Shown here one piece after another: positions 9,408 through 20,100 of a stretch of DNA of 32,000 nucleotides; within the stretch, counting starts at the first letter, position 1, and each line of letters starts with the position of its first letter. Both the position numbers and the translations under genes were made by a program. This stretch comes from Deinococcus radiodurans R1 = ATCC 13939 = DSM 20539. GTDB taxonomy: Bacteria > Deinococcota > Deinococci > Deinococcales > Deinococcaceae. Location of the stretch: NCBI RefSeq assembly GCF_000008565.1, contig NC_001264.1, forward strand, positions 318,347-350,346, given 5' to 3'. The notes under the pieces were generated by a model. The model saw only the letters and a program-made list of their open reading frames with translations. It was not told where the DNA came from and did no database searches.

Positions 9408-9452
9408 CATTCCAAGTCCGAACCCTCACGCTCACTTTTCAGGAGGACCACC

Positions 9453-10829
<1,377 letters not shown>

Positions 10830-10837
10830 AGTTCCCC

Positions 10838-12977
10838 TCAGCTCCACTCGTCCTCACGCTCTTCCCTCTCCACCCTCGCCGGGACAGGGGCCGGGGCCTC
10901 CAGGCGGGGGCGCGGCGCCAGGACGGCGAGCAGCAGCAGGCTCAGGCCGGTGACGAGCGCGACGAGGCCGAGGACCACCGCCGGCTGGGAAAAGGTCGCG
11001 GCGTCCAGGCCAGCGCCCTTGAGTCCGGCGGCGATGACCAGACTCAGGCCCATCGTCCAGCGGTCGCGGGCGTCCGCGTCTCCGTCGAGTCGCGGCGCGC
11101 GCGCAGGCGCTGATGCCCACCGCCATCACGGCCCCGCTGCCGGTCAGCAGCCAGCCCCCTATCGCCTCAGGGGACAGAAAAACACCAGCGGTGACGGCCA
11201 CGCCCAGAAAGACTGCGAACCACAGCGTTTGCTGCGCTGAAGCGAGGCGCGGCAACCGGCGCAGCACCAGGGCCGAGCGGGCCGGCACGCGCGCCGACAG
11301 CCAGCGGCGTCCGGTGTCGTCCTGGGTGAGCCACGACACCAGCAGCAGCAGCCACGCCCCCAGCAGAGCGAGGGGCTGCGCGTTCGCTTCTTCTTGCCAG
11401 AGGGCCGAGGAGGCGAGCCACTGCCATGCCAGCGCCGGCAATCCCAGGAGCAGCAGCCACCGAACGCGCTCGCCGCGCACCCGGAGCGGCAACAGCGCCG
11501 CGACGAGCGCCGTCAGGGCCAGCGCCGGGGCGAACTGGGCCGGCCTTGCCATGAACGTCAGGGCAAGGGCCAGCAGAACCAGACCGCCGGCTTCAGCAAT
11601 GCGCTGGCCCAACTTTGCCTGGCCTAACTTTTCTCGGCCCCCCTGCGCCTGGCGAGCGGTGAGGAGCGCAGTCAGGGCGGCGGCCAGGCTGCCCACGAGC
11701 AGCAGCCGGGAGGCATGGGCGCCCCCACCCACGGCGCGCGCTATCAGGAACCCGCCGAGCAGCAGCCCAGGCAGGGCGCCCCAGTACAGCGTGCCGCGCA
11801 GATCCGGGGCCAGGGCCGACGAGCGGTGCGCCAGCCACGCCACGCCCGACAGCGCGAGGGTGAGAAGCAGCAGGAGGGTGCTGTCTCCCGTTCCTAGGCC
11901 CAGCACCAGCACCGCGCCGCACAGACCCGCCAGCCACGCCAGCGGCGGCGTGTGGGGATGCCGGGCCCGCCACTGCGCCGCCCGCAACGCCCCGGCCAGG
12001 CCCACCAGGGCGGGCGAGACACGCAGGAGCGGCGTCCAGAACCCCTCTTCACCAGGGGAAGGCGGTAGGTCCAGGCCCCACAGCGCCGTCAAGCTCAGGC
12101 CCGCCGCGCCCAGCCACACGCTCAGGCGGCTGTGACCGTACAGCCCCACCAGCAGCAACGTGCCCGCGAGCGCCGCGAGGCCCAGCGGCTCCGTGCGGGC
12201 GCCCAGCAGTGTGATCAGCAGCGAGGCCGCCACGCCCGTCGCCCCGGCAGTCAGGCTGCTCGAGAGGGTGCCGGCGAGGGTCGCTTCAGCGTCTTGCGTT
12301 TCGTTTTGTGGACGGGCCCGCTGCCACGCCCACCACGCCGCCGCACTCAGGCCGAGCAGGGCCAGCGCCGCTGTGCCCAGGGTCGCGGCGGTGCGGGCAC
12401 CCGGTCCGCTCAGTGCCGTGCCCACCGCCAGCGCGAAGAGGGCCGACGGGGTCAAGGTGGCCCACGCCGCGCCCAGCCGCACGCCCGCGTCGCGTATGTC
12501 GGCAGAGCCGCTGGCATCGGGTGCCACCACGCCCCGTGACCGCAGCAGCGTCAGGGGCAGCAGCAGCGCCAGCCCCGCGAACACCAGCCACAGCAGCAGG
12601 GCGGGCAGCGGGTGGGGACTGACATGCAGGGCGCGCCCCAGGATTTCCCGGTCGAGCAGGGGCAGCGAAGCGCCGTCCCAGTCGCCCGACGCCCAGCGGC
12701 CCAGCGGCTCATGATTCAGGGCCGCCACCAGCCACCCGACCGGCAGGGCACCCGCCACCCCGAGGACCGAGGTGAGTGCCGCCCGCCAGGTTTCCGGGGC
12801 ATCGGGCAGCAGGTCGAGTCTGTTCTCGCCCTGGGGCATTTCCCCGGCAGAGTGCTCGACTTCGCCCGTGTTGACCGCCCGCAGGTGGGGCAACAGGCCG
12901 CCCACCGCCGCCGTAACGAGCAGGAGCACCGCCGCGAGCGCCAGGATGGACCAGCGCCCGATGTCGTCGGCGAGCAT
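10838..12977 (-). CDS. large polytopic membrane protein (DUF2339-like) with its reading frame interrupted near 11100
   Basis: ATG at 12977 lies 8 nt after the upstream stop. More than 15 hydrophobic segments. The span is 2140 nt, which is not a multiple of 3. Hand-counted GC3 is 19/20 for frame 0 in 11101-11160 and 17/20 for frame 2 in 11041-11100. The switch coincides with GCGCGCGCGC (11095-11104). The Arg-rich tail of the listed 833-aa ORF is spurious. The real C-terminus matches the 71-aa ORF 10838..11053 (two TM helices plus acidic tail). Confidence 0.6.
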
Positions 12978-12985
12978 CCACACAC

Positions 12986-13741
12986 TCAGCTGGCGCCAGC
13001 AGCGGCCATGACGCCCAGCAGCGGTTCGCGCCGCCGCAGGCCGTCCCAGGTGAGCGCCGCGCTCAGGGCCAGCAGGCCGACCAGCACCGCGCCCGGTCCC
13101 CACGCCCCCGGCAACTTCTGGGCGAGGCTGCCCAGCCCCAGAGCGGTGACGCCGTAGCCCAGACCGCGCAGCGCCCCCGACACCGGCCAGGGCACCAGCC
13201 GCGCCGTGCCGTACAGCACGCCCCCGAAGGCGAAGACCGCCAGCAGCAGCGTCCACGCCGGCAGCCCGAGTGCGCGCAGGGTGAACGCCAGTCCGCCCAG
13301 CACCAGCGCCCCGCCGAAGACGCTGATGCGCGCCCGGCTGAATTCCGGCCCCCACAGGGACGGCCCTACCGGGCGAATGCGGGGCCTCTTCCCCGCCGTT
13401 GGCGGGCTGGGCTGCTGAATATCCTCCGGCCAGACGGTCAGGGCGGGGGCGGCTGGCAAAGGCTCGGGTGGCGGGGCAGATACCGGCGGTGGGGCAGACA
13501 CTGGCACAGCCTCGTCCTCCACCAGCACATTGGGTGTGGGGAAGTCCGGCAACGGCACCAGGGGCACGCTGCCAGGCCCAGGCGCAGGCCGTTCGCCCAC
13601 CAGCTCGGCACGCAGGGCGAGCAGTTCATTGCGCAGCAGCCCGACCTCGCGCTCCGCGTCCGCCGCTCGCCGCTGCGCCGCGTTGGCCCGCACGAGCGCC
13701 GTGATTGCCAGCACCGCCACCAGCAGCACAAAGAGCACCAT
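12986..13741 (-). CDS. membrane protein: N-terminal TM helix, coiled coil, Pro-rich linker, four TM helices (DUF2339 N-terminal-like)
   Basis: MVLFVLLVAVLAITALV is followed by AAQRRAADAEREVGLLRNELLALRAEL. A Pro-rich linker carries a VSAPPP x2 repeat, and hydrophobic helices follow. GC3 supports this frame up to its stop at 12986. Confidence 0.65.
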   Translation of the reverse strand: MVLFVLLVAVLAITALVRANAAQRRAADAEREVGLLRNELLALRAELVGERPAPGPGSVPLVPLPDFPTPNVLVEDEAVPVSAPPPVSAPPPEPLPAAPALTVWPEDIQQPSPPTAGKRPRIRPVGPSLWGPEFSRARISVFGGALVLGGLAFTLRALGLPAWTLLLAVFAFGGVLYGTARLVPWPVSGALRGLGYGVTALGLGSLAQKLPGAWGPGAVLVGLLALSAALTWDGLRRREPLLGVMAAAGAS

Positions 13742-13767
13742 GCTCCAGCTTACTCAGGTCCGGGGGG

Positions 13768-14607
13768 TCAGAAGCCGAGTTGCTCCAACGCCCCGCGCAC
13801 CAGCGTCATGCTCTGGCTGCCGGCGCGGGGCATCATGATGTGGTTGTCGCTGCTGCGCAGGGTCACGATGCCGCGCCGCGTGCCGTCAGGCCGGATGTTG
13901 GGCACCCGGTCACGAATGGGTGAGTAGACCAGCCCTTGCCCCACTCGCTGCACGTCGCTGCCCGAACTCTGCACTTCCAGATTGAACTCGACATTGTCCG
14001 GCGTCACGTCGCTGGCACGCTGACCCCGGTGGGCCGGGTCGGGCGCGCAACCGCCCGCGTAGGGACTTTGGCGGTAGTCGGTCCACAGCAGGCACTGGGT
14101 GTCGAGGTCAATGAGCAGCCGAAACCGGGTCGCCGGAAAATCGCGCACCAGTTGATGCCCGAACACGCTGCCGTGCGAATGTCCCATGACGATGATCTGC
14201 GCTCGGGGAAACTCGGCGAGAGCAGCGGCGAGTTGCGCCTTCACCCAGGGATAGCCGTGCTGCTCGGCGGCACTTTCCCGTGAGCGGTAAGTGTCCTGCA
14301 CTTGCGCTGTGCCGCTGATGGTCCGCACGTGCCGGCCCCGCTGCCGGAGCCAGTCGCTGATGGCCGCGGTGCCACCACTCGCCGTGAGGTAGTCCCAGTT
14401 GTCGGCGGACTGACAGGTGAAGCCGCAGCGCCCGCTGAGCGTAACCAGAATCACGTCGGGGTCTGGGTCGGGCAGGGGCGCCGGCTGATGAACGAAGGTG
14501 GGCGCGCAGCCGCTCAGCGTCAGGGATGCAAACAGTGCTACTGCGCCGCCCGCCCGCATCCGCGCCGGTTTGCCCCACAGAGACGAATATTTCGGAGGAA
14601 TTGACAT
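13768..14607 (-). CDS. lipoprotein, alpha/beta-hydrolase (lipase/esterase-like)
   Basis: Lipobox LTLSG|C. Nucleophile elbow GHSHG sits in the context IIVMGHSHGSVFGHQLV. The alternative ATG at 14559 would give a classical short lipoprotein signal peptide (MRAGGAVALFASLTLSGC). Confidence 0.7.
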   Translation of the reverse strand: MSIPPKYSSLWGKPARMRAGGAVALFASLTLSGCAPTFVHQPAPLPDPDPDVILVTLSGRCGFTCQSADNWDYLTASGGTAAISDWLRQRGRHVRTISGTAQVQDTYRSRESAAEQHGYPWVKAQLAAALAEFPRAQIIVMGHSHGSVFGHQLVRDFPATRFRLLIDLDTQCLLWTDYRQSPYAGGCAPDPAHRGQRASDVTPDNVEFNLEVQSSGSDVQRVGQGLVYSPIRDRVPNIRPDGTRRGIVTLRSSDNHIMMPRAGSQSMTLVRGALEQLGF

Positions 14608-14642
14608 GATGACAGTCTATTCGTCTCGCATCTAAACGCCCC

Positions 14643-15260
14643 TCAATCGAGCAACATCCGCACCGGCCCGTTCCAGCCCAGGTCGCAGGCCAACGTGACC
14701 ACCTGCGCCCGGCTCAGGTGCGGGCGGCGCAGCCACCACAGACCGAGCTGCTCGAAGATGCCCGAGAGCGCGACGGCGGCGGCTTCCAGGCGTTCCTCGG
14801 GCTGCTCGGGCACGTGGCGGCGCAACTGCTCCACGACAAAAAGATGCGTTTGCAGCCGCAGCTCCAGCAACTGCTGCCCCAGTTCGCCGGTCAGGGGAAC
14901 CGCTACGCCCCCGTAGAGCAGCAGCCAGCGCTGCGGGTCGGTCTCGACCATACCGAAATAGACCCCGGCGGCGCGCTCGAGCTGCTCGCGTGGGCTCTCG
15001 GCGTCCGCGAACGCCAGCGTGAGGTCGCGCTCATAGCCGGCGCGGGTGCGGCGCACGCAGGCGAGGTAAAGCCCTTCCTTGGAGCTGTAGTGGTCGTACA
15101 CGACGGGCCGCGTGACCCCCGCCGCGCGGCAGATATCCTCGATGCTGGTGTACTCGTACCCCTGCGCGACGAACAGCCGGTCGGCCACCGTCAGCAGTTG
15201 TTCCTGCCGCTCTGCCCGGCTGAGGCGGCGTGGTCGGGGTGAGGGGGCAGGGTCGGTCAT
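14643..15260 (-). CDS. TetR/AcrR-family transcriptional regulator
   Basis: Internal ATG at 15260. The N-terminal HTH is RAERQEQLLTVADRLFVAQGYEYTSIEDICRAAGVTRPVVYDHYSSKEGLY. The listed 588-aa ORF is a spurious 5' extension antisense to the synthetase gene. Confidence 0.9.
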   Translation of the reverse strand: MTDPAPSPRPRRLSRAERQEQLLTVADRLFVAQGYEYTSIEDICRAAGVTRPVVYDHYSSKEGLYLACVRRTRAGYERDLTLAFADAESPREQLERAAGVYFGMVETDPQRWLLLYGGVAVPLTGELGQQLLELRLQTHLFVVEQLRRHVPEQPEERLEAAAVALSGIFEQLGLWWLRRPHLSRAQVVTLACDLGWNGPVRMLLD

Positions 15261-15308
15261 GTCGGGTCCTTGGAAGCAGAAAAAACGGAGGTCATGAGTC
15301 GGCGAGGT

Positions 15309-15381
15309 GACTTGAAGGGGAGACTTGAAATTACAGGGTACCCCAGGTACTTTGGGGTTCAAACCTACAGCCTGTAACTTC
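15309..15381. promoter_or_regulatory. nested repeats in the tetR / acyl-CoA synthetase divergent intergenic region (candidate TetR operators)
   Basis: Direct repeat GACTTGAA at 15309-15316 and 15322-15329. Inverted repeat GAAATTACAGG (15327-15337) with CCTGTAACTTC (15371-15381), 10/11 complementary. Inner palindrome ACCCCA (15340-15345) with TGGGGT (15353-15358). Confidence 0.3.
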
Positions 15382-15452
15382 TTACGCCAACCGGGCGTGA
15401 GTCTCTCTTTGCCGCGACTGTTCCCGGCTCCCGCAGCCGCCCCGAGGTGGTC

Positions 15453-17180
15453 ATGACCTATACCGATTCCGAAGAGCTCTACCTCGCCGAACTCAGTCGC
15501 CGCCAGCAAGAGAGCTGGCCCGCTGGCCGCCCCCGCGTGGCCGAGTATCCGTTTGGCGAGCGGCCCGTCACCGCGTACCTGCACGAGTGGGCGACGCGCC
15601 AGCCTGAGCGCGCCGCTATCGAGTTTTACGGGCAGACCCTCACCTACGCCGAACTCGACGACCTGAGCGACCGGCTGGCGTCGTGGCTCGAAGAACGCGG
15701 CGTCTTGCCGGGCGAGCGGGTCGCCGTCTTGCTGCCCAACTGCCCGCAGTTCAATGTGGCTTTTCACGGGGTGCTCAAGCGCGGCGCCGTGTTCGTGCCG
15801 CTCAGTCCGCTGGCGCGGGGCGGCGAGTTGCAGCACCTGCTCGACGAGGCCGACCCCGCCGCCCTGATCGTGCTCGACGCGCTGTGGCCGGTGGCCGAGC
15901 CGCACCTCGCCGGGCGCGCCGTCCGCGAAGTGCTGCACGTCGGACTGGCGGCGACGCTGCCTGACAGGCCCACCCTGCCGCTGCCGGACTTGCTGCGGGC
16001 CGCCGCCGCGCAACCGGCAGGCCAGCACGACCTGTTCGCGCTGCTGCGCGGGGTCACGGTGCGCCCACAGGCCGAGCCGGCGCTCGATTCGCCCGCAGTC
16101 ATCAACTTTTCCGGCGGCACCACCGGGTTGCCCAAGGGCTGCCTGCACCACCACCGCGACCTGATCTACACCTGCGCGTCCTACTGCGCGGTGGCGGTGG
16201 AGCGGAGCGAGCATCCGGTGTTTCTGAGCTTCCTGCCGCAGTTCTGGATTGCGGGCGAAGACCTCGGCGTGCTGTTTCCGACCTTTCTGGGCGCGACGCT
16301 GGTGCTGCTGACGCGCTGGGACGCCCAGGCTTTTTTGCGGGCGGTGCCGCACTACGGCGTAACGATCACGACCCTGCTGGTGGATCAGGTGGACGAACTG
16401 CTGGAGCATCCGGCGGCGGCGCAGACCGATTTTTCCTCGCTGCGGCAGGTGAACGCCGTGTCGTTCATGCGTAAGCTCAACCCCGACTACCGCCGCCGCT
16501 GGGCCGCGTTGACCGGCAGTCTCATTGCCGAGGCGAGCTACGGCATGACCGAGACGAACACTTGCGACACCTTCACTACCGGGTTTCAGAAGGATGACTT
16601 CGACCTGCTCAGCCAGCCGACTTTCGTGGGGCTGCCGGTGCCGGGGACCGAGTTCAAGGTGTGCGACTTCGAAACCGGCGAGCTGCGGCCCTTCGGCGAG
16701 GAGGGCGAACTGTGCGTCCGCAGTCCGGCGGTCTACAAGGGCTCGTGGCGCGAGCGCCGCGCCGAGTCACCGGGCGGCTGGCTGCACACCGGCGACAGCG
16801 GCATCATCGACGAGCAGGGGCTGCTGCACTACCTGGGCCGGCGGCGCGAGATGATCAAGGTGAGCGGCATGAGCGTGTTTCCCGGCGAACTGGAAATGCT
16901 GCTGGGCCGGCACCCGGCGGTGAGCGGCGTCGGCGTGCTGGGGCGCCCGCACGAGCGGCGCGGCGAGGAAGTCGTCGCCTTCGTCGTGCCGCGTCCGGGC
17001 CACGACCTGTCGGCCGCAGCCCTGAGCGAGTGGTGCCGCGCCGAGATGGCGGCCTACAAGGTGCCCACCATCTATTTCCTCGACGAGTTGCCCCTGACGG
17101 CCACCGGCAAGGTGGACAAAAAGCAGCTGTTGCCGCGCCTGGCCGAGCTGACGGGCGAGGCGCCGGGCGGCGGCGCATGA
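15453..17180 (+). CDS. AMP-dependent acyl-CoA synthetase/ligase (FadD-like)
   Basis: AMP-binding motifs FSGGTTGLPKGC, ASYGMTETN, WLHTGDSG and the terminal GKVDKK. GAGGTGG lies just upstream of the ATG at 15453. The stop overlaps the next gene's start (ATGA at 17177-17180). Confidence 0.9.
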   Translation: MTYTDSEELYLAELSRRQQESWPAGRPRVAEYPFGERPVTAYLHEWATRQPERAAIEFYGQTLTYAELDDLSDRLASWLEERGVLPGERVAVLLPNCPQFNVAFHGVLKRGAVFVPLSPLARGGELQHLLDEADPAALIVLDALWPVAEPHLAGRAVREVLHVGLAATLPDRPTLPLPDLLRAAAAQPAGQHDLFALLRGVTVRPQAEPALDSPAVINFSGGTTGLPKGCLHHHRDLIYTCASYCAVAVERSEHPVFLSFLPQFWIAGEDLGVLFPTFLGATLVLLTRWDAQAFLRAVPHYGVTITTLLVDQVDELLEHPAAAQTDFSSLRQVNAVSFMRKLNPDYRRRWAALTGSLIAEASYGMTETNTCDTFTTGFQKDDFDLLSQPTFVGLPVPGTEFKVCDFETGELRPFGEEGELCVRSPAVYKGSWRERRAESPGGWLHTGDSGIIDEQGLLHYLGRRREMIKVSGMSVFPGELEMLLGRHPAVSGVGVLGRPHERRGEEVVAFVVPRPGHDLSAAALSEWCRAEMAAYKVPTIYFLDELPLTATGKVDKKQLLPRLAELTGEAPGGGA

Positions 17181-20100
17181 CGCCCCGCGTGTTGATTGCC
17201 AACCGGGGCGAGGTGGCCGTCCGTATCGAGCGGGCGGTGTCGGCACTGGGCTGGCAGAGCGTGGCCGTTTATGCCCCGGACGACGCCGGGTCGCTGCACG
17301 TGCGCCGGGCGGACGAGGCGGTGGCCCTCAGCGGACGCGGGGCGGCGGCCTACCTCGACGGAGCGGCGCTGCTGCGGGTCGCGCAGGAACACGCGGCGAC
17401 CCACGTTCACCCCGGCTACGGCTTCCTGAGCGAAAACGCCGACTTCGCGCGGGCCTGCGCGCAGGCGGGGCTGGTGTTCGTGGGGCCGGACCCCGACACG
17501 CTCGACCTGTTCGGCGACAAGAGCCGGGCGCGGGGGCTGGCGCAGCGTCTCGGCGTCCCGGTGATTCCCGGTACGGACGGCGCGACCACGCTGGAGGAAG
17601 CGGCGGCGTTCATGCAGGCGCAGGGAGGCGCGCCGGTCATGCTCAAGGCCTGCTCGGGCGGTGGCGGGCGCGGGATGCGGGTGGTGCGGCAGGCTGGCGA
17701 CCTCGCCGCCGCGTTCGAGCAGGCGTCACGTGAGGCGCGGCTGGCGGTGGGGCAGGGCGACCTCTACGCCGAGCGGCTCATTGAGCGGGCGCGGCACATC
17801 GAGGTGCAGGTGGCGGGCGACGGCCAGAGCGTGACCCACCTCTGGGAGCGCGACTGCACCGTGCAGCGCCGGCACCAGAAGCTGCTCGAATTCGCTCCGG
17901 CGCCGCACTTGCCCCAGGCCGTCCGCACCGCCCTCATCGGCGCGGCCCTGCAACTCGCGCAGGAGGTGAAGTACCGTTGCCTCGGCACCTTCGAGTTTCT
18001 GGTGACGCCGGGCGGCGACTTTTATTTCATCGAGGCCAACCCGCGTTTGCAAGTCGAGCACACCGTGACCGAGGAGTGGTGCGGCACCGACCTCGTCACG
18101 GCCCAGTTGCGCCTCGCGGCGGGCGAGACTCTCACGGCGGTGGGACTGGCAACGCAACCCGCCGACGCCGCGCCGCCCCCCGGACAGGCGGTGCAGGCCC
18201 GCGTGAACATGGAAACGCTGGGCGCGGACGGGCAGGTTCATGTCGGCGGCGGTCAGGTGCAGACCTTCACCCCGCCCGGCGGTCCCGGCGTGCGGGTGGA
18301 CACCTTCGTCACCACCGGCCTGACCCCCAGCCCGCAGTACGACGCCCTGCTCGCCAAGGTCGTCGTCCACAGGCGCGACGCGGCGCTGCCGGGCCTACTG
18401 CGGCAAGCGGCGACGGCCCTGAGCGAGTTTCAGATTGCCGGGGTCAGTACCAACCTCGCCTTTTTGCAGGCGCTGCTGCACCACCCCGACGTGCAGCACT
18501 ACGAGCTCTCGACCCACTGGCTCGACGAGCGGCTGCCGGAGCTGGTCACGCAGGCGGCGGAGTATGACGACGTTTCCGCGTCCACTCAAGCTCCGACGAG
18601 CAGCGGGCCGTCTCCCCTGCCCGACGCCACCCCCGGCACCGAGCGGCTGACGGCGCCCACGACGGGGATGCTGGTCGCCTACGACGTGCATCCGGGCCAA
18701 CGGGTGCGCCGGGGCGAGTGCCTGGCGGTGGTCGAGGCGATGAAAATCGAGTTTCAAATCGAGGCGCCGCGCGACGGGCAGGTCGTGGCGTGCCACCTCA
18801 CGGCGGGCAGCAGCGTCACCCTGGGACAGCCGCTGCTCGACCTCGCTGCCGATGAGGGCGCGGACGACGCAGTGGCCGCCGAGGAGGAGCGTGACCTGGA
18901 TGCCCTGCCTGCCTCCTACGCCGACTGGCAGCGGCGCCTGCGGGCGACCACCGACGAGGCGCGCCCCGCTGCCGTGGAAAAGCGGCACGCGGCGGGCAAA
19001 CTGACGGCCCGCGAGAATGTCGCCGCGCTGCTCGACGCGGGCAGTTTCAACGAACACGGCGCCCTGGCCCTGGCCGCGCAACGGGGACGCCGCAGCGAGG
19101 AAGAGCTGCTGGCGCTCAGCCCGGCAGACGGCCTGATTACCGGGGTGGGCACGGTCAACGCGGGGCAGTTTCCCGACACCGCCGCCTGTGCGGTCGCGGC
19201 CTACGACTACACCGTGCTCGCCGGCACCCAGGGGTACTTCAATCACCACAAACTCGACCGGCTGATCGCGCTGGCTGGGCAGTGGAAGTGGCCGCTGGTG
19301 CTGTTTGCCGAGGGCGGCGGCGGGCGTCCGGGCGACACCGACATGCCGGTGGCGGCGGCGCTCGTGACGCCCACGTTCCTGAACTTTGCGGCGCTCAGCG
19401 GGCAGGTGCCGCTCGTCGGCGTGGCGGCGGGCGCCTGCTTCGCCGGCAACGCGGCGCTGCTCGGCTGCTGCGACGTGGTCATCGCCACCCGCGACAGCAG
19501 CATCGGGCTGGGCGGCCCCGCCATGATCGAGGGCGGCGGGCTGGGCGTGGTCGCCGCCGGGGACATCGGCCCGGCCGAAGTGCTGGCGCAAAAGGGCGTC
19601 GTGGACCTGCTGGCCGAGAACGACGCCGAGGCCAACGAGCTGGCGCGGCGTTACCTCACCTACTTTCAGGGTGACGTGACCGGGTGGGAGGCCGCCGATC
19701 AGCGCGAACTGCGCTGGGTGATTCCGCAGGTGCGCAAGCGGGCCTACGACGTGCGCGCGCTGCTGCACCTGCTCGCCGACACCGGCAGCGTGCTGGAACT
19801 GCGCCGCGCCTTCGCGCCCGGCCTGCTCACGGCGCTGGTGCGGATTGGCGGCAAGGCGTTCGGGGTCATCGCCAACGACCCGGCGGTGCTCGGCGGCGCC
19901 ATCGACGCGGCGGGAGCGGACAAGGCGGCGCGCTTCCTCAACCTGTGCGACACCCACCGCCTGCCGGTGCTGTCGCTGGTGGACACGCCGGGCTTCATGG
20001 TCGGCCCGGCGTCGGAGGCCGAGGGCGCCGTGCGGCACGTCTCGCGCCTGTTCGTGCGGGCGGCCAAACTCACGGTGCCATTTTTTGCGGTGGTTACGCG

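Noticed and set aside
13462-13500. Short tandem duplication encoding VSAPPPVSAPPP in the 251-aa membrane protein.
   Set aside because: It is only two copies of an 18-bp unit within a Pro-rich linker, which is ordinary low-complexity linker variation.
14594-14635. Plus-strand GGAGGA followed 6 nt later by a 9-codon ORF (MMTVYSSRI*) between tetR and the lipoprotein gene.
   Set aside because: It runs antisense into the 3' end of tetR with nothing downstream to regulate. The GGAGGA is simply the complement of the CCTCC in the minus-strand leader.
15294-15377. 27-codon ORF (MSRRGDLKGRLEITGYPRYFGVQTYSL*) upstream of the acyl-CoA synthetase.
   Set aside because: The GGAGG is only 2 nt from the ATG. 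There is no codon-bias support in so short a stretch. The region is better explained as operator/promoter DNA. It is kept only as a note in the repeat finding.
14643-16409. Very long N-terminal extensions of listed ORFs: 14643..16409, 16661..20452, 6504..7289, 7947..8996, 21287..22063, 22587..23462, 9378..10829 and 29348..30475.
   Set aside because: In each case the family-typical N-terminus begins at an internal start. That start has a Shine-Dalgarno sequence or a 4-nt overlap with the upstream stop. The extension overlaps the neighbouring gene and is low-complexity.
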